Assembly: GCF_016432865.1 (NCBI RefSeq)
Contig: NC_067398.1
Span: 318,804,001 to 318,868,000, forward strand
From: Antechinus flavipes
Lineage: Eukaryota
Length of the DNA: 64,000 bases
Direction of reading: 5' to 3'
Position numbers and translations under genes: made by a program. Each line of letters starts with the position of its first letter. The stretch's first letter is position 1. Shown here piece by piece: positions 12,847 to 23,919 of the stretch. The notes beneath the pieces are model-generated. The model ran no database searches. It was not told the origin of the DNA and saw only the letters and a program-made list of their open reading frames with translations.

Positions 12847-13980
12847 GAAGCTTTCATTTTAATAGGGAATACAGATGTGTGTGTGTAGAGAGGGGTTGGA
12901 TACAAAAGATGTTAAGTTAAATAAAAGGAAGAATTGGACACTGATAATATATTCAGTCACAAAGAGTGAAATGTTGAGTCTCCTCTACACCTAGGAGAGT
13001 AGAATAATGGTGATGCCCAGTAATCAGATAGTTTGAAAAGAGGATTAGGGTTATGAAGGAAAGATAAGAAATTCTTTCTTAAACAGCCAGTTTGAAATAT
13101 CAATTAGGCTATTGGTGATATAGAACTATGGTTTAAAGAAGAAACTGGACCTGCATATAAATCAGTGTGTCATCTACATTTATACTCTAGAGAGTATAAA
13201 TAAATCCACGGAAGCTAATGAGGTGACTAAGAATATATAGATAGAAAAGAAGAGTTCCCAGGACAAAGTTTAAGGAAGTGTCCACAGTTATGAGTCATGA
13301 TTTGGAAGAATCAAAAAAGAAGACTAAGGAGTGATCAGACTGTTGGGAGAAGAACTAGGAGAGTTATGTCATGATTTATTAAGAGAGATCATTGGTCACT
13401 TTGGAGAGAGTAATTTCAATTGAGTAATTAAATTGGAAATCAGATTGCAAAGGACTGAGGAGTGAAGGAGAAAAGAGCAAATTATAAACAGAATGTAAAT
13501 TTTTTTTTCTGGGAGTTCAGCTGAAAATGGAAAGAAAATCAGCAAAGGGGCTGTTTAAAAAGTGGACCTCTAAAAATAGAGGATACACTTTTAAATTTAA
13601 GCATTATTAACATTTTCCTCATTACTTTCTTCAGTTTAGACAGTTAGCAGAATGATAAATTAAACCTTATTTTGTAGTGGTTACAGCTTTTCAAGGTGTA
13701 AATGGTCACAACGTCAATTAAACAATCCCCTGACCCCTAAAGCTGGCTCCAATACCTCCCTCAATAATATTTTGTGGGGATGATAGAATCTAGTGAAATG
13801 TTTTTGTTGTTTTAAGGATGGGAGAGGTTTTGGCATATTTCAAAGTAATCAATAGTTAGAAAGAGGTTGAAGATTAGAGAGAAAAGAGATAAGGTGGCAA
13901 TGTGGAAGAGAAGATGGAAGGTGATGGGATCAAAGGCACATGAAGAGAGGCGACCTTGCCAAGAAGGATTACTTCATTGT
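12847..13980 (-). mobile_element. L2 fragments
   Basis: ggtcactttggagagagtaatttcaattgagtaattaaattggaaatcagattgcaaaggactgaggagtgaagg is typical antisense L2. It continues the L2 tail at about 11190-11270 across the L1. Ends approximate. Confidence 0.7.
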
Positions 13981-14291
13981 CTCCTTGTTTTAAAAATTGG
14001 GATATGGGATCGGATGATCTTTAAGATCCTCTAAAGTCCCCAAATTCTTTACTTCTACAAATAAGACAGAGTTCCTGCCTTTAAATAGTTTATGGTTTAA
14101 TTAGAGACATTAAAGCACTGGCATATGAAATAGTAAGCCATTCCAATACAATATAACAAACATTTGCTTAGCACCTGGTATGTGCAGGGCAGTTTGGTAG
14201 GTGCTAGAGATACAAAGACAAAACAAAATATAGTCTGTTTTCTTGCCATATGTTTCTTCTCTGTTCTACTCACAGTTTTAGAATTCTAGGA

Positions 14292-14483
14292 CAGTGGTAT
14301 CAGTCTCAAATAGAAAAAGGGGCCACTAAACCATACATAAGGATCCCTGTGGACTTTATATTGACTTTGTTTTAAAATTTAAACATCTATTTTATTATAT
14401 TTTTATTTATTTTGCTAAGTATTTCTTAATTATATTGAAAACTGGTCTCACTTGGATGTCTTCTCGGGTATTTGACATCTCTG
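14292..14483. mobile_element. hAT-Charlie-type MITE (about 190 bp)
   Basis: Degenerate TIRs cagtggtatcagtctc and gtatttgacatctctg. Flanks ttctagga / ttctaagg resemble an 8-bp TSD at the hAT-Charlie NTCTAGAN target preference. Confidence 0.7.
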
Positions 14484-15060
14484 TTCTAAGGCAAAAAAGA
14501 ATGAAAGATGAGGTTCTGGAGCAGTATTAAAATTTTAATAAATGAATACATTTTATAAGGCTTTGATTATGGCCATAGGTAATAAAACATACTGTGTTTT
14601 ATTGTGTTGTGTTTGAGGATAAAGAAGAGAGACAAGTGAGATGTATATACATTCAAAAGAATGGTGTTGAACAATAGGTCAATCCATGGCAGGTGAAAAT
14701 AAATCTCAGGTTCCCAGGCCAGTGTTAGGGCAAGGGGTGGAGAGAAATCTAGACAAACGAGTTGTTTGGTCTCCTAAAACATTTGGGGAATGAAAACAGG
14801 CCAATACAATGTGGAGAAAATGGGAAAGAGGAGAGTCTGAGATGGGGATCTGCAGCAAATGAGAATAATGGGTGTAGTTTGAGGCAAATTTGGTGAATGT
14901 GTGGTTGAGAGCATTGAGAATAGTATAGCACATGGTCACATTTGGTTTGACACTGTTGGGATGGAACTGTGGAGTGTAAAGATGAAAGATTGCTGAAATA
15001 AGAGTAGACCATTTGGGTTTGTGGTGGGTAAGAATTATGTTCCATAATATAAAGATTATA

Positions 15061-15990
15061 GAGGCAGCATGGCATAGTGGCTATTAAACTGGCCCTAACC
15101 TATATCCCAAAGAGATCTTAAAGGAGGGGAAAGGACCCACATGTGCAAAAATGTTTGTGGCAGCCCTCTTTGTAGTGGCTAGAAAGTAGAAATCCAATGG
15201 ATGCCCATCAGTAGGAGAATGGCTGAATAAATTGTAGCATATGAATGTTATGGAATATTATTGTTCTGTAAGAAATGACCAACAGGATGATTTCAGAAAG
15301 GTCTGGAGAGGCTTATATGAACTGATGCTGAGTGAAATGAGCAGAACCAGGAGATCATTGTGCACAGCAACAACAAGATTATACAATTATGATGGATATG
15401 GTTCTTTCTAACAATGAGATGATCCAGGCCAGTTCCAGTGATCTTATGATAAAGAGAGCAATCTACATCCAGAGAGAGGAATGGGGAAAGTGAGTGTGGT
15501 TCACAACATAATATTCTCACTCTTTTTGTTGTTGTTCACTTGCATTTTGTTCTTGCTCAATATTTTTCCTTTTTGATCTGATCTTTCTTGTGCAGCAAGA
15601 GAATTGTATAAATGTTTACACATATTGGATTTAACATATATTTTAATATATATAACATATATTGGATTGCTTGCCATCTAGGAGAGGAAGAAATCTGAAA
15701 CACAAGGCTGTGCAAAGGTCAATGTTGAAAAATTATCCATGCATATATTTTGAAAATAAAAAGCTTAAAAAAAAAACTTGCCCTAAAAGGCCAGAAGAAC
15801 TGGATTCAAGTACTATTTGTGATTCATGCTAACAACTCTGGGCAAGTCACTGGGCAGGTATCAGTATGCTAAACAATTCTAGAAGATCATACATTACAAA
15901 AAAAGTTCTGGCTTGAATTAGTAGAAAGAGTTTCCCCACCTGGGAGTATTTTAAAAAGATGAAACCCCTAGTGTAGTCCCTATTTAGGGG
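15061..15990 (+). mobile_element. Marsupial CORE-SINE split by an L1 insertion (head 15061-15098, remainder 15774-15990)
   Basis: Head gaggcagcatggcatagtgg resumes as ccctaaaaggccagaagaactggattcaag...ctgggcaagtcac. The tail gagtttccccacctgggagt is shared with copies near 40900, 50100 and 56900. Confidence 0.7.
15099..15773 (+). mobile_element. 5'-truncated L1
   Basis: Starts cctatatcccaaagagatcttaaagg (ORF2 end), runs through the 3' UTR to aataaaaagctt and poly(A). TSD aaactggccctaa (15086-15098) / aaacttgccctaa (15774-15786). Confidence 0.93.
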
Positions 15991-16076
15991 CTATAGCAGT
16001 TGAGAGCAATGTTTTGAAGACAATTATAATGATAATTTTTAAAAATTGACATTTAAATTGTTTTAAAGTTTGCAAA

Positions 16077-16609
16077 GCAAGAATGATTTCAGAAAGGCCT
16101 GGAGAGACTTACATTAACTGATGCTGAGTGAAATGAGCAGAACCAGGATTTCATTATATACTTCAACAACAATACTGTATGAGGATGTATTCTGATGGAA
16201 GTGGCCCTCTTTAGCAATGAGATGAACCAAATCAGTTCCAATAGAGCAGTAATAAACTGAACCAGTTATACCCAGCAAAAGAACTCTGGGAGATGGCTAT
16301 GGACCACTACATAGAATTCCCAATCTCTCTATTTTTGCCCGCCTGCATTTTTGATTTCCTTCACAGGCTAATTGTACCCTAATTCAAACTCCTATTCTTT
16401 TGTACAGCAAAATAACTGTTTGAACGTGTATACATATATTGTATTTAACTTACACTTTAACATATTTAACATATATTGGTCAACCTGTCATCCGGGGGAA
16501 GGGGGTGGGAGGAAAGAGGGAAAAAGTTAGAACAAAAGGATTTGCAACTGTCAATGCTGAAAAATTACCCATGCATATATCTTGTAAATAAAAAGCTAGA
16601 ATAAAAAAA
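16077..16609 (+). mobile_element. 5'-truncated L1 (3' UTR subfamily shared with 18682-19176)
   Basis: gaatgatttcagaaaggcctggagag...G-rich tract...aataaaaagctagaataaaaaaa. Perfect TSD taaagtttgcaaa (16064-16076 / 16610-16622). Confidence 0.93.
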
Positions 16610-17517
16610 TAAAGTTTGCAAAAAAGTTTCCAAATGTTAACTCATTTGATATGTACAACTCTAAGAGGTAGGTGTTATTATCAAATTTTTTACATGGGTA
16701 AAAGTTGTCTAGTACATGTCTGAAGCAGAATTTGAACATGTCTCATTAATATCAAGTACTGCACCTTCTAGATGCTTGGATAAGCAGGACTGATAAATTC
16801 CTTAGTAATCCAGGGAAAGTATGAGACGTGCTGAGCACACCTGGCATCAGGTAAGGCATTTATATGTGAGAGAAGAGGATTCTGTGGTCAGTCTCTTTTG
16901 GTTGCATTGATTTCCTTGGACAGGCCATTGATTTCTTTTCCTCATTGATTTTTTTTTTTTTTTTTTTTGCTGTAGTTAGAGTCTTCCTCGCAAGTTCATT
17001 GAAGGTCATTTAGATTCATTTTGTCTCCTGCTTGGCACTTCTCCTTTGGTGCTTGGCACTTCTCCACTAGTACTTGGCTTTGCACTCACTAATCATGGTT
17101 GCTGACAAGTGATTACCCATGAAAATCTTTAAAAGCAGAGGGCACAGCTTCTGAGAAAAGAAAAAAAATCTGAACTTGCACTCATGCTTTATACTTAAAA
17201 TACTGGCATCATATTTTGGGTAACAGAAGTGAAAATATTTGAGGGGGGGGACTGTTAAGAGTACTCTACACATGTAAAGCCATACAATAATCACTACTTG
17301 CATACAAACAAGATTTGCTATTTCCTCTGAGGTAAGTACAAAAAAGAGATACTGTGAGCTAAATTTCCCTAATTTTCAGGGCTAGCGGATTTTAATCCTG
17401 ACTATTTTAAGGATATATATACTTGAGGTCAACCTTATACAGAGAAGTAATTATAATAACTTCCAATCATTATAAGTGCTATTGTCCTATTTTACAGATG
17501 TAAAAATGAATGAAGAA

Positions 17518-17665
17518 GGGGCAACTAGGTGGTGCAGTGGATAGAGCACCAGCCCTGAAGTCAGGAGGACCTGAGTTCAAATCTGGTCTCAGACACTTAA
17601 CATTTCCTAGCTGTGTGACCCTGGGCAAGTCACTTGACCTCAATTACCTCAGGGGGAAAAAAAAA
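17518..17665 (+). mobile_element. WSINE1-type SINE, near intact, inserted in an antisense MIR
   Basis: Pol III A box tggtgcagtgg (17530-17540), B box gagttcaaatc (17573-17583), CORE segment and A tail. TSD gaatgaag (17508-17515 / 17666-17673). Confidence 0.93.
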
Positions 17666-18681
17666 GAATGAAGTCAAACAAATTATTCCAGAATGCCCAG
17701 TTAGTAAATGCTAAAGCTGTAATGGAACCACAAAGATCTTATTTTCTTACTGGAACACAATTTATTGCTTAGGTTGCTACTTCTGTGTAACCTATTGCCC
17801 AGACCACCTGCTCCTTTAATTCTATGCTCTGGGCTTACATGAACCAAGCCCCATCTTAGGGGCTAACGTAAAAAAGTAATATTTGCCCTTTGGCTTATTA
17901 CCCAGTTCTGGAGTTCATCCTGGGAAAACCTCCAAATAACCCACTTATATCAAGGTTTCCACAGATGTAAGCTGAAGGGATCCTCAGTTTCCATTTAAGC
18001 ATTCAAGGAAACAAATGCATATTAGGCATAATTCAAGCCTTAATTTTCTCCCCAGAAAAGATAGACACAAATGATTCACTGGAGCACATAAACAGATACC
18101 AAAGATGTGAGGATTAGTAAGAACTCATAAACACAAATAGAAAACAAAGTAGACCTACAAGTTCTTCTAGAAGGCTGGGTCACTAACTACTTTCAAATCA
18201 ATAATCTAGCCTAGCACTTGACCCAAGAATTCTTCTGCCTAGAAGACTAAAGTCTGAGCTCATATTGCTAAAGAAAATAAAAGTACTGCTCCTTTATGCA
18301 GGAGTATGGGATTCAGGAACGTTGTCCATGAATCCCCCTTGAAGATCACATAGTTTTATCATTTACTTCTGCAGGAATTCTAATCATTCTGGCTATTGCC
18401 ACTTCTTGAACTAGGTAGGGGTTCCCTGCATCTCCACTCCTTTGCCCCCTGCCCAGGCCCTCTCATAGTCAGATTGAATGTATTACAAAGCTATGAGCCA
18501 GTGCAGACTTTCCCTACTATTTTTCCAGAGTTTTCCTCAGTCCTAGTCAACTAGATCAATTTGGAGACAGGTCCAGTCATTGATCCCATAAGGAGCCATG
18601 CCCTCAAGAAGAAGGCAATAGGTAACTACACTAATTGTGGGGAGGTGCTCATCAGATGTTCCAGTGAAAGGCTCACTAACC

Positions 18682-19176
18682 AAACGAGCAGGGCCAGGAG
18701 ATCCTTATATACTTCAATAACGATACTATATGATGATCAATTCTGACGAACCTGGCCATCCTCAGCAATGAGATGAACCAAACCAGTTCTAATGGAGCAG
18801 AATTGAATTGAACCAGCTATGCCCAGGGAAAGAACTCTGGGAGATGACTAAGAACCATTACATTGAATTCCCAATCCCTATATTTTTGCCCACCTGCATT
18901 TTTTATTTCATTCACAGGCTAATTGTACAATATTTAAGAGTCCGATTCTTTTTCTACAGCAAAATAACTGTATGGACATGTATAGTTATTGTGTATCTAA
19001 TTTATATTTTAATATATTTAACATCACTGGTCATCCTGCCATCTGGGGAAGAGGGTGGGGGGAAGGAGGGGAAAAATTGGAACAAGAGGTTTGGCAATTG
19101 TCAATGATGTAAAGTTACCCATACATATCACCTATAAATAAAAGGCTATTGAAAAAAAAAAAAAGAAAAAAAGAAA
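18682..19176 (+). mobile_element. 5'-truncated L1
   Basis: 3' UTR closely similar to 16077-16609, ending aataaaaggctattg and poly(A). TSD gaaaggctcactaacc (18666-18681) / gaaaggctcacttacc (19177-19192). Confidence 0.93.
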
Positions 19177-19639
19177 GAAAGGCTCACTTACCTAGAAGCC
19201 TATCGAGTTAATTAGGTAATTACACTTATCTTCTCCCTTTTCCTGTGTTATGATGGAAAGGATCAAGAGAATGCCTCTCTGAACAAAGCTAACTCATAAT
19301 GCCTAAAATATCTTTATTTCATAACATCTCGATATCCAAAATTAGAGAGAGAGCAGAGATAGAGAGAGATTGAGAGAGAAAGACTTCGTGATTATTAAGT
19401 TCTCTTATAATAAAATAACAATATTCTGGAGTTACCGCAATATATCCGTCATTTACACTTTAATGTGAATCTTACTGTGAATTAATTTCATCAGATTTCC
19501 AAAATCAGTTAAAATTATCACATAGAATTTGGGTTTGAGGGAGGGATGTTCTTTGAGGTGTTTTCCAATCCTCTGACAAGGAAACCTCTATCTCACCCAT
19601 TGAAGGAATCTCTCACCATTCCCTGCTTTTTTTCATTGG

Positions 19640-20530
19640 CTATCTTCCAAGCCTGTAATACTTTCCCACCTCTCTTTTGACTCCTGGCCTTCTTGCCACA
19701 GTCAATTCTCCACTCACTGCTAAACTGATCTTTCTAAGATTTCATCATATCATTCTATGCCTGAAATTCTCCCTCCGTAGTCTCCAATTCTTGGCTTTCT
19801 TCAAGTCTCAGCTAAAATCTTATCTTCAATGGGAGAACTCCCACCATCTTTCTTACTTCTACTACTTTTCTTCTATTGATTAACTTTCTTGTATTTATCA
19901 TGTGTACATATTTGTTGCAGTGGTATGCTCAAGGTAGTTCACACTGTCTTGAGAGCCATTTCTTATATTTTCAAGTGAACCCTTTGGAAACTGACAAACT
20001 TTACAAATGAGGTTTGATTTATTGTTTTGTTGATTGTCTATACTTAAGAAATAATGGCTAAAATGTTAATGATTATACTTATACTTACAAAGTGCACATT
20101 ACTCCCCTCCTGGAGAGCCAGTTGTTAAATATTTACCAGCACACTTCCTACTTGTTTATTTGTTGAGATTGTGATCTCCTTGAGCACCGGGAATATATGT
20201 TTATTGACCACTTAACTGATTTCCTTGAAGACTGTTCTTAAATCCTCCTTCTAGACAGTGCTCAAATCCGTCCATCTGTGAGAGATCTTTCTCAGTGTTC
20301 TTTTTCTCTTCCCCCTTTACTTAACTTCCCCCCTCCTCCCAAGTCTCTCACCTTCCTTTTAGATTATATCTCTTGTTTGCACATAGTATTTACGGTTGTC
20401 TTTTCCTATTAGAATATGGAATCCTGAAAGCAAGGACTTCCTACCCCCCATCCCATCTCTGTGTATTTTCAGAGTTTAGCAAAATGTCCAGCATACTGAT
20501 GCTTTAAAAATGCTCGTTGATTGACTTTAC
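19640..20530 (+). mobile_element. L2 3' region (interrupted by MER63-like element)
   Basis: gctaaactgatctttctaagatttcatcatatcattc...ttcaagtctcagctaaaatc...gagattgtgatctccttgagc...tttagcaaaatgtccagcatac is sense L2 3' end. Ends approximate. Confidence 0.7.
19918..20149. mobile_element. MER63-like hAT-Blackjack non-autonomous DNA transposon
   Basis: Starts cagtggtatgct, ends ggagagccagttgttaaatatttaccagcacac. Internal tttgatttattgttttgttgattgtctatacttaagaaa matches the remembered MER63 consensus. Flanks atttgttg / acttgttt (6/8). Confidence 0.85.
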
Positions 20531-22409
20531 ACAATTATGCTGGGAGCAGTCAGTATTGAAAAATCATACTTCCCCAGTCTCCTTACCATGCCCAAAGTTA
20601 GAAAGGTGCACCTTATCCACAATTGCCTTATCTGCATTTTTGGACTTGTTCAAGTATGATTAAGATAACATATTGTTTGGAGATTAAGTAACAGAATACT
20701 ACTATTCATATATATATATGAAACTTTAATCTCTTTGAGATGGGAGATTCTCATACCATCATCATTCCTTCAACTAGCAATGTTTTGCACACAGTTGGCA
20801 ATTAATAATAATAATTAATCAATTATGAAATTGAAACTGAATGCCTTTTAGGACCACTTCCCTCCCTATCCCCCCATCAGTTTACAATAGTCAAAGAGAA
20901 AAGCTGACTTTTCTAAAGGGGTTATATTAGTGACATTGGGGAGTATGGGGTGGGGGGGAGAAGGAAAAAAGCTTGGAAGAGCAAGCTGGAAAGGTCACAA
21001 AGGGAAGTTAACCCATGGCATAGAAAACGAAGAAATCACTTGTTACATCCCTTGTCACGCGTCTAATTTGTTTAAAATCAAATCCATCTGTTCATTTCAC
21101 ACTCTTTGTTCCACTTCCTTGCTACAATCCACAGTGGATTACTCCATTACTTTAAAAACTGGCTGCAGTTACAATAAGCTAATAACTTATTTTGTGGTTA
21201 ACTGCGTCAAGACATTCTGGAATAGCACCAATGTTTCCTTTCCTTAAAAAAAAAATCTCTTGAAAGATCCCAGTAGTGTTGCATTTTGACCCAAGTAATC
21301 CCTTAAATCGGGTTTAAAAAACATATTGTTTACAAGTTCTGAAAGTTTTTCTCTATCACTAGGGAAAAGGTCTGCAGTGATTCAGCCTCTGCCTTCCCAC
21401 TTGGTGTTTAAATAACCTGCATGTCAAACCTACATTTGCTTCACATGCTCTGAGCCATTACTAATGACTTTTGGCCCAACCAATTCCACTTTCTGATGTT
21501 GAAATCTAAAATTAAAATGGCTTGTATTCCTTCTCAGGAAAGACTTATCATTTTTCTATGTAATAAACCAGGGCCCCAAGAGGCTTTCACTTGAGTTGTC
21601 TCAATCCCCTGAAGGTGTTCCAACCCATTAAAGTATGAGCAGTATTTTGGGTTAGCTAATGAATCAAAGGAACATGTGCTTGTATGCAAGATACAATTTA
21701 AAGGAACATGTAATTGGTGACATTCTGTAATCCATTCATGGGAACATTTGCTGATGGGGAAAATATTTGATTTTTTTTGGATGTGTGCCTAATTCTGTAT
21801 CAGTCCATAAAAGCTTGTGGGGGGTCATTATTTTTGATTTGTTGAACATGATTCTGAAGGCAGAGCAGCAATGGAATTTGTGATCTTGCCATGGCAGCTG
21901 ATTAAGGAATGATTAGCTGGCTTTTTCAACAAGCTTGGATTTGCACTACTTGTGGGTATTACCTCTTTTTTTCTCCCTTTTTGTAAAGCACATGTTATTG
22001 CTTGCTGCTATCCTCTACTCCTGTCTTGTTTTGAACAGCTAAACATGTTGGAAAATAGAGTATTTATGAAATTGGATATTAAAATGGCAAGTGGTTTAAA
22101 AGTGAGGAATGAGTGTTGAAAGATTCCTGCACATGTTCACAGTAATTTTACATTTTTCATTACTAAGGTAATTAAAAAATTCCTTAGGGCTGAATTATAG
22201 TAAAATTTTATGTATCCTTATACTAAGCATAAACTAATTCTCTTTCCCAAGGGATAAGCTTAATTTAAATAAGAAATATTTTTAATTCCATCTAATTTAT
22301 TCACATTATGAAAAATGGGCATGCCATACTATTTGTATTCAATGCCATTACTTCCTAAGGATTCTTGCTTCTAGACACAGTCTGATATAATGGAAATAAC
22401 ACTGCAACA

Positions 22410-22930
22410 AGGAAGTAGAATTCTAAAATCTTAAGCTGCAAGGGATCTCAGAAATCAGGTTTAACCACCTACCTGATACAGGCATCCCCTCTGCAGCATC
22501 CCTAGAAACTAATCATCTGGTATCTGCTTGAACACCTCCAGGAATGGAGACACATTGTCTCTTAGAAAATATCACTCCACTTTGGGGGTAATGTTAATTG
22601 ATGAAATTTTTTCCTCTTCTATTGAGCTACTATATCCTTCTGTAATGTTCATCCTTTTTATCTTGGTTTTTGTCTTCTGGGACTAAGCAGAATAATTTCA
22701 ATGCCTTTTCTATATGATACTTCTTCAAATACTGGAAAATAGCAATCATGTTCTCATCAAATCTTTTCTTCTCCAGACAAAGCATCTCACCTTTTCGTTC
22801 CATGGCAGTTTCAAGGCCCCTCACTATTTTTATTGCCCAATTATGGACACTCTAATTTGTCAGTGCTCTTGTGAAAAAGTAGTGGCTAGGACTGGACAAA
22901 ATATTCTAGATAGATTCTGACCTGTGGAAA
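22410..22930 (-). mobile_element. CR1/L3 LINE 3' end
   Basis: ORF 22630-22824 (MRGLETAMERKGEMLCLEKKRFDENMIAIFQYLKKYHIEKALKLFCLVPE) resembles the CR1 ORF2 C-terminus (..[28 protein letters not shown]..). Confidence 0.85.
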
Positions 22931-23448
22931 TATCACTGCCCCATTTTGACCCTGACATCTTCTGGTCCACATTCTACAATTTATCTTCCTTTTGGTTTTT
23001 ATGAGGAAAAAAAGGACTTGAAAACCAAAATCTGAGAAGAGAGTAAACCATTATACATGTGAAAAATATTTGATTTTTGTGAGGAACTCCACTATGAAAA
23101 TTCCTTTACTTTTCCCCCTCCAAGGAAAATTATAATCTGTCTATGATTTAGAAGATAAATGATGAGAGTTAGTTGAGGTCCATAGAGAATAAATAGTTTG
23201 CCTATAATCACATAACTATTTAGAATCCGTGGCATAATTTGAAGCCACATCTTCCTAATTCCAAGCTCTGCATGCTACAGGAAACTATTATTATTTTCAG
23301 ATGTGCAATTCTAGGCAGGTCACCTACTTTTTCCAAGCTCTACTGCTTCATCTGTTAATTCAAACTACTAATACCAACCCTGCCTCCCTCATTTAGGGGG
23401 CAAAGGAAATAATATAAAGGAAGTATCCCCATTCAAATGGAAGTTATT

Positions 23449-23684
23449 GGGGCAGCAAGATGCAGTGGATAAGGCACCAGTTCTGAATCATGAGCACCAG
23501 AGTTCCAATATGACCTCGTCTAGATGTGTGAACCTGAGCAAGTCACTTAACCCCAATTGCCTCACCAAAAAAAATTAGTAAAAAAAAAAAAAAAAGAAAA
23601 AAAAGCCTCACATCGATAGTGCTGTCTGATATTATTAATTGTTAATAATCTAATATTAAAATCTAAAAAAATGCCAAAACAAAA
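23449..23684 (+). mobile_element. WSINE1-type SINE with extended 3' segment inside its TSD
   Basis: SINE 23449-23566, A tail 23567-23604, extra sequence 23605-23664, second A-rich tract. TSD tcaaatggaagttatt (23433-23448) / tcaaatggaagtcatt (23685-23700). Confidence 0.85.
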
Positions 23685-23919
23685 TCAAATGGAAGTCATT
23701 ATATAAATGACTGGTAGATACAAAAATTTTTTTTATAAGCCATAAATGAGAGCTATAACTTTCTTTATCAAATGGCTCAATTTCTATTACTGACAAATGT
23801 TCAGAGGGTTCCTAAATAAAATGGAATTAAAAGTCCCTTTACTTGATCTCAAATTAAGATACAGGATTTCTCATTTTCCAAATTCCTATAAAGGGTTGTC
23901 TACCCTAGTTTTCTCCAAT

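Noticed and set aside
13570-13579. Perfect MEF2 site CTAAAAATAG
   Set aside because: A single AT-rich 10-mer is expected by chance at this base composition.
17518-17600. tRNA gene suggested by A and B boxes
   Set aside because: The boxes belong to the tRNA-derived head of a WSINE1. There is no cloverleaf, and a CORE segment, A tail and TSD follow.
18375-18414. Exon-like segment ttctgcag|...|gtaggg
   Set aside because: Stop codons occur in all three frames.
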